A stretch of DNA of 63,110 nt, filler included, from Octopus bimaculoides (taxonomy: Eukaryota): assembly GCF_001194135.2 (NCBI RefSeq). It is 6 parts of 6 records of this genome, joined end to end, with 100 filler letters (N's around TTAATTAATTAA, not from the genome) between each part and the next. Parts side by side here need not be neighbours in the genome. Positions count along the whole stretch, not along the records: positions 46,125 to 56,369 come from NC_068989.1; positions 56,470 to 58,917 come from NC_068993.1; positions 59,018 to 60,888 come from NW_026382829.1; positions 60,989 to 63,110 come from NC_068985.1; 2 more parts are not named here. One strand, given 5' to 3'. Below the pieces are notes generated by a model. That model ran no database searches and had not been told where the DNA came from. It saw nothing but the letters and a program-made list of their open reading frames with translations. This document shows positions 49,321 through 62,936 of this stretch, one piece after another. The translations under genes and the position numbers were made by a program. Position 1 is the first letter of the stretch. Every line of letters starts with the position of its first letter.

Positions 49321-49533
49321 TTTTCTACTCTAGGAACAAGGCCCGAAATTTTGAGGGAGGGGGCCAGTCAATTAGATCGACTCCAGTACGCAACTGGTAC
49401 TTAATTTATCGACCCCGAAAGGCTGAAAGGCAAAGTCGACCTCGGCGGAACTTGAACTCAGAACGCAAAGACCGACGAAATACGGCTAAGCATTTCGCCC
49501 GGCGCGCTAACGTTTTTGCCAGCTCGCAGCCTT
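49321..49533 (-). mobile_element. SINE family B, full length, tail type 2, perfect 17-bp TSD
   Basis: TSD aaagccagattgatatt at 49304-49320 and 49534-49550. Confidence 0.92.
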
Positions 49534-49833
49534 AAAGCCAGATTGATATTGCAAACTGGCTTACCACAGTGCAAACAAATTTTGCTGTTAAGAATGAAAC
49601 CACTGTCTTAGCAGAGAAATATAGATCCATAACCTGCTTTAACTTATGTACAAACGAACAAAAGCTGCTTCGTCCAATTCCTCCAAAACCACTGCGCATC
49701 TAATGATATTGCCACTGATGTGTAGACAGGAGATTGGGGATGAACGCAATGACTTTTGATGAATAAAGCTGTATTGTCTAAAGTGGGAAAACACTGCAGA
49801 AATCTCATGACAGTATGGGTTTTTTTTATATAG

Positions 49834-49958
49834 AAAGGCCTGATCATGCTAAGGAGCTTTGGATCGGGAGTTGTGAAACTTGGGAGTAGTAATGCTACCC
49901 GTAGTAGTTCTAACTGGACACAAACTGGGACTTCAACAACCCTAGCCCCGTTGCCTGG
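49834..49958 (+). CDS. Candidate coding exon, product unknown
   Basis: Acceptor tttttttatatag, donor tgg|gtgagt, open frame KGLIMLRSFGSGVVKLGSSNATRSSSNWTQTGTSTTLAPLPG; no homology recognised. Confidence 0.2.
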
Positions 49959-50805
49959 GTGAGTGTCTGATTGTTAAAAGTCTCGAAACACCAAATGATT
50001 CCAACAGGAAACATCATATGATGATTAAGCTATAACTGATTTAAAATCTATGTACATTTCGTCACGTGTGTTACGCTCGTTTCATGTCATCCAGAATAGA
50101 TGAAAACATCTAATCTACGCCTATACTATTTGATCTTCCAATGTAATGAGTGAAGGAATGAAAAAACGTTCGGGATTTTAATTTAACGTTACGTACTCCT
50201 TTTCGCATTAAAATGCACTGTAAATGATTGGAAAATAGTCGAAATTACTGTAAAGTAAGTATTGCTTGAAAAAGCTCTTATTCTTCAGACAACAAGCATT
50301 AAATTCTTTACGTCTTGAAATTGAACAAAAATCTTTAACAATATCTTTCATTTTAAATGAATTTGACGTTTTAGAATAACTTCTTTTTTTATAAAATCGA
50401 GGTACCATTCACCTAACGCTCTTACAATACCACTCAATCTAAGAGCACCATTGCAATTGTAATCGCTGGAAGTTGGAAAATTCTTTTCGTATATTGAATG
50501 TGAAATATTCACTGTAAATATATAATCTTCCTTGTCAAGCAAAAACCATTTGCCTGATGGAATTGTTTTATCCCAATTTCCTCCCGATAAGACAGCATTT
50601 CACTCTAAGAAATTTACGAAATTGAATTTCTTTCTATTTTATTTTTTAACTATCATTCCAACTTAGATATATGCCATCACATTTCATTTTCACGAAACGT
50701 ATATACACATTACCTTTTAGAATTGCAATCAAGCTGGCATTTAGATTTCAAATATTATTTCTTTCAGAAGTGAAATAAAATATTTTAGCAAATTTATGTA
50801 TGATA

Positions 50806-50965
50806 GGCGCAGGCATGGCTGAGTAGTTACTTTGTAACTACATAGTTTCTGGTGTGGTTCCATGCGCAATATGTTGCGCGAGTGAATTCTACTATAGAAC
50901 CGGATGGACGAGATCCTTGTGAATGGATTTGGTGGACAGAAACTGAAAGAGAATTCCGCCGTGTG
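50806..50965 (+). mobile_element. SINE family A head, diverged
   Basis: ggcgcaggcatggctg...ggatttggtggacagaaactgaaagag. Confidence 0.65.
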
Positions 50966-50979
50966 TATGTATGTTTATA

Positions 50980-52090
50980 CAGGGTACGTAAGATATTTGA
51001 GGACAGATTTATGTTTATAAAAGGCAGATATATAATAACAGATAACTTTATTTATCATAAAATGCTATGAGGATAAAAATAAACCTTCTTTTCTATAATG
51101 TTATTCAATAAATCCACATTCAGCTTCCACAACTGCTTCTATATCATCTCCATGTTCGAATCAAGTGGTCCTGGTTCATTTTGGATATTACTCTTACTAT
51201 GGCACACCTTCAAAGAATCTTTGGTGTTATGAGCGTGTTCATTGAACTCTCTCTCTCAACAACGCTCTACATGTAATACTCCAATGGATTGAGATCTGGG
51301 GAATTAGGAGGTCAAACTAGGGTTATGTAATCATGAAAATTTTCAGCTATCCATTCCTGTGTTACTATAGCCATGTGTGATAATTGCAGAGTCATTCTGA
51401 AACACATATGGCCTTCCATTACATACACTGTCTATCCAGGGTTTAACAATTATTTCCAGGACCTCAGTGAAGGCGGCAGAGTTGACTCTAACGCCTTGTG
51501 GAAAGAAGGCATACCATGTCCTTCATTGCTGACAACCCCTAAAACCATGAGAGTTGCTGGGAATTTTGTATGCATAATACTTGGAACGTCAGAAGGGTCT
51601 AAACATAGCCATCTGTCATCTCTTCTGTTAACTTTTTGATCTTGGTCGAAGTCTTTCTCGTTTGAGAAAAACCAAATCAAATCTTCTGCTGGATTTTTCA
51701 GATTAAGAGCCTGTTAGACCTGATGTAGTGATTTTATTTTGTTTTGTTCTGACAAACTGACTTTTCCTCATCATATAAGACTTATATCTGATGTCTTCGC
51801 AGAAAACATTTCTAACTGTCCCTTCTGACAAATGGAGATCTTTTGCAATTGACCTCATGGATTTCTGGGATTGTAACCATCTGTCTGTTGAATTTGTTGG
51901 ATAGATCCAGGTGTTCTGATGATATCAGAGCGTTTAGAATGCTATTTATGCTTTGATACTGGTTATACGTTTCCATCTTCAATCTCTGGCTCCTTACAAA
52001 CTTTGTAGGCGAAAGAGCTGGAAACTTTTAAAAATCAAGAAATTTCTAAATCGCTATGGTCAGCTGCCGTCTAGTTCCTCACTCGACGCT
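50980..52090 (-). mobile_element. Decayed Tc1/mariner superfamily transposon, maT/DD37D-like
   Basis: Minus strand SMRSIAKDLHLSEGTVRN..EDIRYKSY; IWFFSNEKDFDQDQKVNRRDDRWLCLDPSDVPSIMHTKFPATLMVLGVVSNEGH; PPNSPDLNPLEYY (~51270-51310); TA|CAGGGT end at 50978. Confidence 0.85.
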
Positions 52091-52141
52091 TCTATGTATC
52101 TTTATAATATAGATACATAAATATATATCTGTGTGTTGGTG

Positions 52142-52230
<89 letters not shown>

Positions 52231-54554
52231 ATACGTAGTACGTATGTATTTATGAATGTATGTATATAAATGTATATGTATATAGACCTATGTTCGTTCC
52301 AGTCTTTATGTTTGTATTTGTCTGCCTTGCAATCGCGTAACAACCGATATTGTTTCGTTGGTGTGAACGTAATGTGGCGGATCATCAAATAGGTACGGGA
52401 AAGATAAGTATCAGACAATAAAAAAAATTAAATACTGAGCTTGATACGATTAACAAGAACCCTTTAACACGGTGAGTCAGCACAGTCGCATTACCGGATT
52501 TGAAACAGGTAACAGAATTTTAAAAAAAAAGCTAAAATGGTTATAAGCTAATTGGAATGGTCGTCTGAATAATGAAATTAGAAATTGGAAGTAGTCACTT
52601 CGTAACTTCTCACCAAGATTCCAGAGTGTTCCTGGGGAAAAGACAATTCAGCTTTCAATAAAATCCATTTAGCTACAAATAGGAATCATTTTTCGTCATC
52701 GCTGTTATTGATTAAATACAAATCGGTCCTGTTCGAAGAGCCCCCTTATCACAGGAACTCTAAACATGACCACACGGTATTTTTCTCTTCAGAGATAGAA
52801 TATACGAGACATATAGAAGGTATGGTATGAAGATGATCTGGTTGTTATTTTTAGCAGGGCAGGGATTACGTAAGAGAGACTTCGCTGGCTCAGACTACCT
52901 TTATTAGGTCTTACGCTTTCATTGATTTGTACCTTGTAGGTTTGTAGTGATAAGTTCAATTCCAGTTGGCGGAAAAAGTTTTTTCCTTCAAATGTCTTTG
53001 GATTGTCTTTATGTAGATTATGTTGCTCTGTATTCCTGCCCAGTATTCGCGCCCAGAATACAAGACTGTATTCGCGCCCAGTCTTGTAGCGGTTTGTTAA
53101 ACTGCCTAGCCCGTCCCCACTAGTTATCAACCGAATTTTTGAGACTGCAATCCCAAACTTCTATAATAATATTCTGGGTGCAGATATTTTTATTAGGCTG
53201 ACGCTCTCGATATCTGAGTCGAACATGAGTTATGGATGTCCTTGTAGTTCAGAAAGTATTGGATTTAATTCGTGTTACTTTCCTCACTTTAAAATAACAG
53301 GTACTTCCAGGATCGTAATTCTAAGAAAACAGTAAAAGGGCATTGACAATAAAGGAGCCTGATGATATTTCGTATATTGATTCGGTTGGGAATAAAAAAA
53401 TTTTGCGTGAAAAAAGTATTGGATAACATATAATATTAAGATACTTAGGCGTTAAACAGCGAAATTTTTGAAACAGGTAAATTCTAGTAGGTGTAATCAT
53501 GAGAAAGATAAGTTTATTTCTGAAGCTCCAACACATCATCAGGTTTGATTGGCGAACAAGGATACTGTCTTGTTTGTTAAATAGAAAAAAAAAAGAATAT
53601 AATCCAGTAAGAAATTAAATTATATGTGCAGAAATGTATATACTGTTTAATATATCTATAAAACAGAAATATAATTTCAATTCATTAAACGGTATTGATA
53701 TTTTATTGTTTCATTTCTACTTTACCGTTGCAGTCATCGGAAGTGTTTCCGTTTGATAGTTCTTTACGACGTGGCAACTTTCAGAATGTTATCAAAAGTA
53801 AATGCATCAACAATTTTAAAATGTATGGACAGGTAATCACGTTTTGATAGTAATGCTTTTTTGAAGGAGGGGAAAAAAAGGAATAAAATTGTTAAATTAT
53901 TTTTTCTTGTCCGGGAAATAAAATGAAAATTTGCACATTTTAAGAAGAATGTGCTATACCGAGTTTACTGTGTATCAACTCTATTTGAAGAATACTAATG
54001 GGAATACAAATTAAAGGTAAAATATTCCAAATAAATTCTTTAAGCTCAGATGCCGAATAATCTTGGCGGTATAAACTATAATATATAGTCATATTGCTAT
54101 ATGTTTAGGAAGTTAAGTACTACTTAACTTGTTATTAATATTGATTCTTATAAACCTAATCTCTCCTAGTAAAATAAACAGGATGTCGGATTCGTAAAGT
54201 CAATTTACTCCAAATATCAACAGTTTCCGTGCCATTTTATTAATAACTACAGTACTTCTCACAAAACCGAGACATTAGCATCTAGACGATTTGGTCAGGC
54301 AAGCTTTAATGCGTATATTTGGGAACATCACTTTACTGCAGCTACTGACGGTAGTGTGTAATGATAGTTTTAATGGATATTTGCTTTGATAGTAATTAAT
54401 TTATAATGAAGAAAAATTGTTTGAAATTCTTTTAACATTCTTTCCTGAAAAATAAATTTGGAAATTTAAACTTTGTAAAATTACGTGTCGAAACAAAAGT
54501 CTTTGTGCATCAACACTTTAAGAAGAATCATAGTGGAGATAGAAATCAACTTTA

Positions 54555-54900
54555 GGCGCAGGCGTGGCTGTGTGGTAAGAAGTTTGCTTCCCAACCATAT
54601 GGTTCCAGATTTAGCCCTAGTATTTGGAACCTTGGACAAGTGATTTTCCTATAGCCCTGGACCGACTAAAGTTTTGTTAGTGGATTTCGTTGATAGAAAC
54701 TGCAAGAACCCCATCCTCCGCTCGACAGCCAGTGGTGATGTGTTTACGCCACTGCAACTTAGCGGTTCCGCAAAAATGCACCATAGAATAAGTACTCGAC
54801 TCAAAGAAAACGTATTGATGTAGACTCGTCCGACTAAAATTCTTCAAAGTCGTGCTCCAGAATGACCACAATTTCCTAAATGAAACGCGTAAAAGATAAG
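54555..54900 (+). mobile_element. SINE family A, diverged, internally deleted
   Basis: ggcgcaggcgtggctgtgtggtaagaagtttgcttcccaacc head; gaataagtact...gtgctccag tail. Confidence 0.75.
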
Positions 54901-54950
54901 CGATAAAAGGAAAGGCGTTTACAACGATTTCTAAAAAGAAAAAAAATCAT

Positions 54951-55225
54951 ACAGTTCTATATTTAAGAGATGAGGAATTATGTACAATTACCTTCGACGG
55001 ATGTTTGTTTTCGTCGTGTTTGTTGTTAACACAACGTTTCGGCTGATATACCTTCCAGAGTTCTTCAGGTGTCTTGGGGAAATTTCGAACCTGGGTTCTC
55101 ATTCCTGAGGTATTTTTCGATGTTATTATTATTATTATTATTGTTATTGTTCAGGTCACTGCTTGGAATCGGACTCGGAACCTTGGGGTTAGTAGACCCC
55201 GCTCTTAACCGCTACGCCATATGCT
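54951..55225 (-). mobile_element. tRNA-head/(TAA)n/hammerhead SINE, full length
   Basis: Head gcatatggcgtagcggttaagagc...ccgagtccgattccaagcagtgacctga; HHR 55073-55028 gacac CTGAAGA actctg..cagcc GAAAC GTT gtgtt (ACGT intact, stem II damaged); same 3' end aatatagaactgta. Confidence 0.88.
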
Positions 55226-55537
55226 CACGGGCATAAAACAATCATCTTCATAATTTGCCTTTCTGAATTAAAATTTGCTTTTTTGTCGGTTAAGAATGTA
55301 ATAGAAGGAGTCACAATTCTACCCTCTTAAGACAATAGTATCCGCTTTAAATTAAGTACTTCAGAGATATACATGTGATATTAACATTATGCCAACATAA
55401 ACACTCAAACACAGCATCCAGATTAAACTAAATTCAAGAGACGTTAAAGTTGGATATCTATGGGATTATTCTAAAATTCTTCAAATAGCAAGAAGTTTTC
55501 GTTTTAATCGCACCATGCCAACCATCATATCTACATG

Positions 55538-55539
<2 letters not shown>

Positions 55540-55578
<39 letters not shown>

Positions 55579-55609
55579 CTATGTATCTATGTATCTATCT
55601 TTCTAACTA

Positions 55610-55691
<82 letters not shown>

Positions 55692-55778
55692 CAGCTATCT
55701 ATCTAGCCATCTATCTGTCTGTCTGTCTATTATTTCTCTCTCTATCTATCTATTTATCGCACTCTCTCTATCTGTCTG

Positions 55779-55812
<34 letters not shown>

Positions 55813-55935
55813 NNNNNNNNNNNNNNNNNNATCTGTTATCTATCTATCTGTCTATCTATCTCTCTGTCTGTCTATCTATCTAGCTATCTATAATTCATCT
55901 ATCTATCTATCTATAATTTATCTATCTATCTATCT
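55540..55935. repeat. (CT)n/(TATC)n/(TGTC)n microsatellite
   Basis: Direct reading of tandem units. Confidence 0.95.
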
Positions 55936-56469
55936 ATCTACCTATCTGTGTGCGTGCGCGCGCGCGTGTACATGCATGTATGTATATCGCATACCGACCG
56001 AAAAAAATATGTGATGGATACGGTTTGAATATCTCTTGGTCATAGGTGTGCTGACTGAGCACCGACTTGAGATTAGATAACAATTTATCATCTATGGAAT
56101 CTGTATATGGTAGAAAGTTAGAAATATCGGTCACAGCGCCCTCAAATCACAACCATGTATTTTTTCTGAAGAGAAAAAGAAAGAAAGAGTGTAAGAGAGA
56201 AAAGGAGCGCAGACATTGTAGTCTTTCGTATACAAAAATATGGAATATCTACGACTGCATATTGATTTCCTCTATTAGAACCAACAACAGCAAAATACGT
56301 GCCCGCGCATATATAAATATACACACATACATACACACACACATATATGTATATGTATGTGTGTGTGTANNNNNNNNNNNNNNNNNNNNNNNNNNNNNNN
56401 NNNNNNNNNNNNNTTAATTAATTAANNNNNNNNNNNNNNNNNNNNNNNNNNNNNNNNNNNNNNNNNNNN

Positions 56470-56833
56470 AGTGAATGTGTGCTCTTCTTTGCTGTCATAT
56501 CTCACGGATGAACCTTTTTTGGGCCAAATACTGACTAGTGACAAGAAATAGATTCTCTATAAAAATGTCAAGCGCCGAAGACAGTGTGTTGGAAAGGAGA
56601 AACACCGGCACCCCAAGTTAAAGAAGGTCTTCACCCACGTAAAGTGTTGCTATCTGTTTGTTGGGATATGAAAGGTTTAGTCCACTTTGAATTTTTAAAC
56701 CGAAATGAAACGATAACAAAGGAGATCTACTGCGAGCAGCTTGAGCATCATAAGTCAGTGGTAGAAGAAAAACGACCATCTTTGGTTTCAAGATGAAAGG
56801 TGTTCTTCCATCAGGATAGTGCACAGCCACATA
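56470..56833 (+). mobile_element. Mariner (DD34D) transposase catalytic-domain fragment
   Basis: DEPFLGQILTSDKK*ILYKNVKR, GLHPRKVLLSVCWDMKGLVHFEFLNRNETITKEIYCEQL, VFFHQDSAQPH. Confidence 0.88.
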
Positions 56834-57689
56834 CTTTTTTTTTAATATAATTAATTTCATTTTTCTAGTTATGTATATATCTTCTCCCAAACATACATTT
56901 CATTAATCTACATAGAGTCACCACTGATTAATTTTTTATTTTATCATTCCAAACTTGTCATCACAGATTTAAACTCATATTCATTTATGAATATGAGTTC
57001 AAAGTCCATTACTTACATTATACTCCCCTCTCATTTCTTATAATTTTAGAGGGTTTTAAATACCTAGGGTCATATTTGGTGAGGCCAGAAAGTGGTTTTA
57101 TTTTCTTATTCTGAAGTCAATAGCTTGGACAAAATACAACAATCTGGCCAAGACTTGGACAAGTGATTTAAGCGAATATTTTTAAATCAGTATCTTTCGT
57201 AGTTTCAATGAGTCACGTTTGTTGTGTGACTCAGGGATTCCGCCATGACTTACTTGGGTGGCAGACTTAATCCATCACCCGGTTTGGAACCAAAATTACA
57301 CCTGGTACTTTGGAGGCTTTATCAGAGTCCACTCTGCTGCAAGCATTTGAGGCCAGATATCCGATATAAGGATGCCTTTCTCCCGCCTGGTATTGGAGGC
57401 CTTGTAAAGGGCCATGGGCACTGTATCCTTTTGGAGTAAAAGATAGAAAAAAAAAACTGCAACAAAGTTGCTTTATAGTGGTGTCAGACGTGGCATGATG
57501 ACCATCATATAACTTGTTTGACGTTGCGTTTCTATTCTTCTCTTCTGTTTTACGAATTCAGTGCGCATGTGCACACTGCGTGCTCATTCTCCTTTTCCTG
57601 GTTCCTACTCATTCTCCTTTTCCTGGTTCGAACGCAGTTGTGATATAAAAAAACAAAACAAAACAAACAAAGCAACTTCTTACAAGGGT

Positions 57690-58052
57690 CCAGAAACGTT
57701 TCTATAACTGTTACATTCGATTTACAAGTAGCGTAAAGCATCTTTGGCGGAAAGTACATCCAGCACTAAAATTTCTTGGGCTTTAGCACAAACAGTGAAG
57801 CAACGAAGAGGACAATTTGCTGGTCACTGCTTCAGAATAAAAGCTGAGTGTCATCAATAGTCCTTTGATGAATTTAGTCAACTGGTAGCAAATGTTGCAG
57901 GCTATCCTATGCACACGTGAGATTTCAGGTATGCGTTACAAGATCTTGTAGTGGTAGTACCTGGGAAGGAATTGCGAGTAGACTCGCCAAATGATGATGA
58001 TGATGATGACGATGACGACGACGACGACGACGACGATGATGATGATGATGAT
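57690..58052 (+). mobile_element. 3' end of a decayed LINE (RTE-like) with (GAT/GAC)n tail
   Basis: LAQTVKQRRGQFAGHCFR resembles the post-RT R..FAGHC.R motif; ends tgatgatgatgacgatgacgacg. Confidence 0.55.
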
Positions 58053-58549
58053 ATCGTTTAGACCATCTACTACGGATTAATCAGAAATTATTATCACATT
58101 CAACCTCTACATTTTAGTTTTCCTCCCACATACTTCTTCAGTTTGTTCCTCTTTCTTCTCCAAGAGACTGCAACTGTCATGCCCGGAATATTTACTTCCC
58201 ACCCTTTAATATTTGTTGATCTCAAATTTCATGAAATGTGACTAGTGAATTCACATTTTATTTACCTACAATACTAGTGTTAACATTCTACTACTAACAT
58301 TCATAATTTACAAAACTCCAAATATATACCTCCCTCTACCCAATAATTGTTTACTAACATACTCCATAATCCACCAGAAAAATACCCACAATTCTAGTAC
58401 TCCAAAAGGCACTTATATGTTACCACCCGTCCTTACAATTACGATACCCAGACTATAGCTTAGACGTATGTGGTAAAAAGCTTGCTTCCGAGCCACATGA
58501 TTCCGGATTCAGTCCCATTGCCAGGCAGCTTGGGCAAGTGTCTTCTACT

Positions 58550-58608
<59 letters not shown>

Positions 58609-60988
58609 GTATATATGCATGTATGCATGTATGTATGTATGTATGTAAAACAGAATGCGGATGACAAAGGAATAAACGTTCAACATACGAACTTTATTAG
58701 GTTATAGTTGTTTCTGCTATAGGATGAAGTAGACTCAAAGTTGAGTACATGATTAACACCTTATAACCTTATCAGAGCCTCGAATATGAAGTGCAATTTA
58801 TTTGGAAATACACACATACACACACATACATACATACACACACACACACACAAACACTCACACGCATATATATACACACATATATACATACATACACCCA
58901 TATTAGTATATATATATNNNNNNNNNNNNNNNNNNNNNNNNNNNNNNNNNNNNNNNNNNNNTTAATTAATTAANNNNNNNNNNNNNNNNNNNNNNNNNNN
59001 NNNNNNNNNNNNNNNNNGGAACCATGTGGTTCGTAAGCAAGCTACTTACCACACAGCCACTCCAACTTTTTAATACATGAAATGCAATTATAATGAGTTT
59101 ATTTCAATATGAGAACAAAAACTATACACCTTGAGAATCTTCAGATTAGAACATTCAGAACGCTTCCACTAATAATAAGTTTACAAAATATAAAATTGAA
59201 CTATATAGATACACATCGCATGCCTTCATTTATGTGATTTGTACTATTTAGATTTTTTTTCATGAATATTTTGTCAATATGCGAGAGATGAATATGTAGG
59301 CTGACAATAATGAAAAACTAAAATACATTACATTGTTTTAAAAGTATATTTATATTTTGCTATATAATATTCCATCTTATTCAATGATTTAGTTATATTA
59401 AAGTATACTATATGTATATTATAGGTGCATGTGTTTATGAGTGTATATATACATACACATATATATATATGTCTGTGTGTGTATATATACATGCGTGTGT
59501 ATATATACATGTATATATATATATATATATATATNNNNNNNNNNNNNNNNNNNNNNNNNNNNNNNNNNNNNNNNNNNNNNNNNNNNNNNNNNNNNNNNNN
59601 NNNNNNNNNNNNNNNNNNNNNNNNNNNNNNNNNNNNNNNNNNNNNNNNNNNNNNNNNNNNNNNNNNNNNNNNNNNNNNNNNNNNNNNNNNNNNNNNNNNN
59701 NNNNNNNNNNNNNNNNNNNNNNNNNNNNNNNNNNNNNNNNNNNNNNNNNNNNNNNNNNNNNNNNNNNNNNNNNNNNNNNNNNNNNNNNNNNNNNNNNNNN
59801 NNNNNNNNNNNNNNNNNNNNNNNNNNNNNNNNNNNNNNNNNNNNNNNNNNNNNNNNNNNNNNNNNNNNNNNNNNNNNNNNNNNNNNNNNNNNNNNNNNNN
59901 NNNNNNNNNNNNNNNNNNNNNNNNNNNNNNNNNNNNNNNNNNNNNNNNNNNNNNNNNNNNNNNNNNNNNNNNNNNNNNNNNNNNNNNNNNNNNNNNNNNN
60001 NNNNNNNNNNNNNNNNNNNNNNNNNNNNNNNNNNNNNNNNNNNNNNNNNNNNNNNNNNNNNNNNNNNNNNNNNNNNNNNNNNNNNNNNNNNNNNNNNNNN
60101 NNNNNNNNNNNNNNNNNNNNNNNNNNNNNNNNNNNNNNNNNNNNNNNNNNNNNNNNNNNNNNNNNNNNNNNNNNNNNNNNNNNNNNNNNNNNNNNNNNNN
60201 NNNNNNNNNNNNNNNNNNNNNNNNNNNNNNNNNNNNNNNNNNNNNNNNNNNNNNNNNNNNNNNNNNNNNNNNNNNNNNNNNNNNNNNNNNNTAAAGTTAT
60301 CAAAATATAGTACTTTACTTCTATTATGGTCATCTAGGACTATCAATTAGCACATATTTATATTGGTAATTGAACCTTTATAACATATATTTCTGATCTC
60401 TCACCTTAACATCTAATCTACTTAAATCAATCATCAGATTCCTGTATTGACTATCCTTGTTATTTCCTAACATCCTTTCTTTTTTCAGTCCCTTAAACCT
60501 TAGTAAGCACATTATTATAAACTAATATAAATCCGATAATGATTTTTATTTTTTATTCACATTATATAAATAAAGCTTACCTATGTGTCTCCTAAATAGT
60601 ATCATTATCTTATCTTCAGCAAAAAAGTTTTTTCAGATAATTCAAAATAGTTTTCATGATCACTATATACTTAATATCCTTAAATTTTACACCCTATCCA
60701 GAGCCCCTGAATTCAATATTGACATTATTTCATGATTTTTGTGGAAAATAATTACATCTCATTTTACTTATTTTATTTATTTATTTTATTTTATTTTTAT
60801 TTTACTAACATACCTCTTATTGTGAAAACATTGGTTATAGTATTGTTGTTGTCTGTACCACTATACTGTTACTCTATTCAGACTAAAANNNNNNNNNNNN
60901 NNNNNNNNNNNNNNNNNNNNNNNNNNNNNNNNTTAATTAATTAANNNNNNNNNNNNNNNNNNNNNNNNNNNNNNNNNNNNNNNNNNNN

Positions 60989-61045
<57 letters not shown>

Positions 61046-61267
61046 ATAGGCACATATATACTTGTGTATATGCGAAAGTCATATGGGTCCCCTCTGCCTC
61101 TAATAGATGGGGGATCTCTGGAGACTAAGATAAATGAATTCTAGGAAAAGATAAGCACTCACCCTTCATCATAAAAGATAATGGTGAGTTATGACTAGAA
61201 GAATGCAAGGATTGTTTGTGATAAGGAGTGGGGGTGCGAAAAGGGACCAGATCATGCCCACAGGCTC

Positions 61268-61364
<97 letters not shown>

Positions 61365-61406
61365 AACATATATATGAACATACAGGACATATTTGTTTTA
61401 TTATCC

Positions 61407-61459
<53 letters not shown>

Positions 61460-61859
61460 ATGTATATACATACATACATGCATACACAAGCATATATATG
61501 AATATACATCACATATATACATACAAAAATGTACATACATAAATATTATATACATAAGTATAAGAATATAGACAATTACAAACACACACACATATATGTA
61601 TGTATCTATATTTACACGTACATACACACACATATATCTATATGTACACTTTCCTATATTCATACACAAATACGTGCAAACATATGTATATATACACATA
61701 CATACTACATAGTGTATATATATATATATATATATATGCATACACACACACACACACATATATAATATATAGATACAAACATGTACATATCTACAAAGAC
61801 ACACATACACAAATATATAAACACACAAACATAAGCACACACATACACACAAATATATA

Positions 61860-61898
<39 letters not shown>

Positions 61899-62416
61899 AA
61901 ATATATAAAAACACACACACACACACACAGAAATATATATAAACACACACACACACACATACATGGACACACACTGGTTAACAGTTTCTCATTAGCATCT
62001 TATCATGGCGAGCATCAGCTCCAAGACATCTGATTAGAATGACTTATTCTGGAATCTGTTTCCCATTCTGGATTTACCACCAACCAGGTACAACAGCGCC
62101 AAGAATAAACCAATGAGGGTGACCCTATGTGGTTGCCCAGCAGACTAGAAATAGCAGACTCTCGTGTTACAAATCTCTCTAAAATTTACACCCTATGATC
62201 TTCATAAAGAATAAATTGGATATAGGTGTCCAAAAAAAAAAAACACTATGCATGAATAAAAGGAAAAAAAACACACACACAGTTGGAGAGGTCATGACTG
62301 GAATGCCTTCAGTTTCGGTTAAGTGATTTTGAGTTAAATAACAACAAGCATTAGAAGGGATTGGATATGGTTAGTGAAATAAACATTGAATGCTCTCTAA
62401 GACAACTATTATAAAA

Positions 62417-62624
62417 AGAGGGGGGAGCTGGCACAATTGTTAGCACACTGGACAAAATGTCACTGAACATCTCTATGTTCTGGGTTCAAATACAGCCAGG
62501 GTTGGTCCTCCCCCCCCATCTTTTCAGGGGTTGATGAAATAAGTACCAGTTACACATTGAGGTCGATGTAATCGACTAGTCCCCTTCCCCAAAATTTCAG
62601 GCCTTGTGCTTATAGCAGAAAGGA
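62417..62624 (+). mobile_element. SINE family B, tail type 2
   Basis: gggagctggcacaattgttagcac...aaaatttcaggccttgtgcttatagcagaaagg. Confidence 0.8.
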
Positions 62625-62657
62625 TTATTGTTGTTATTATTATTAAGGCATTATTGT

Positions 62658-62936
62658 GGAGACGCAATGGCCCAGTGGTTAGGGCAGCAGACTCACAGTC
62701 GGAGGATCGCAGTTTCAGTTCCCAGACTGGGCATTGTGTGTGTTTATTGAGCAAAGGGGGTGGTGGTGACTTCTGTTGTACTCTTTCACCCCAACTTTCT
62801 CTCACTCTTTCTTCCTGTTTCTTGAGTCACGCTGCGATGGACTGGCGTCCTGTCCAGCTGGGGGGGAAACACATACGCCATAGAAACCGGGAAGCCGAGC
62901 CCATGAGCCTGGCTAAGCTTTAAAAAGGGCGCATAA
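62658..62936 (+). mobile_element. tRNA-derived SINE (separate family)
   Basis: ggagacgcaatggcccagtggttagggcagcagactc (A box) ... gtttcagttcccagactggg (B-box-like). Confidence 0.65.

Noticed and set aside
57245-57439. MTYLGGRLNP...LWRLYQSPL as a site-specific LINE RT fragment
   Set aside because: Only a YLG-like motif; no upstream YADD or other RT motif found, too weak to call.
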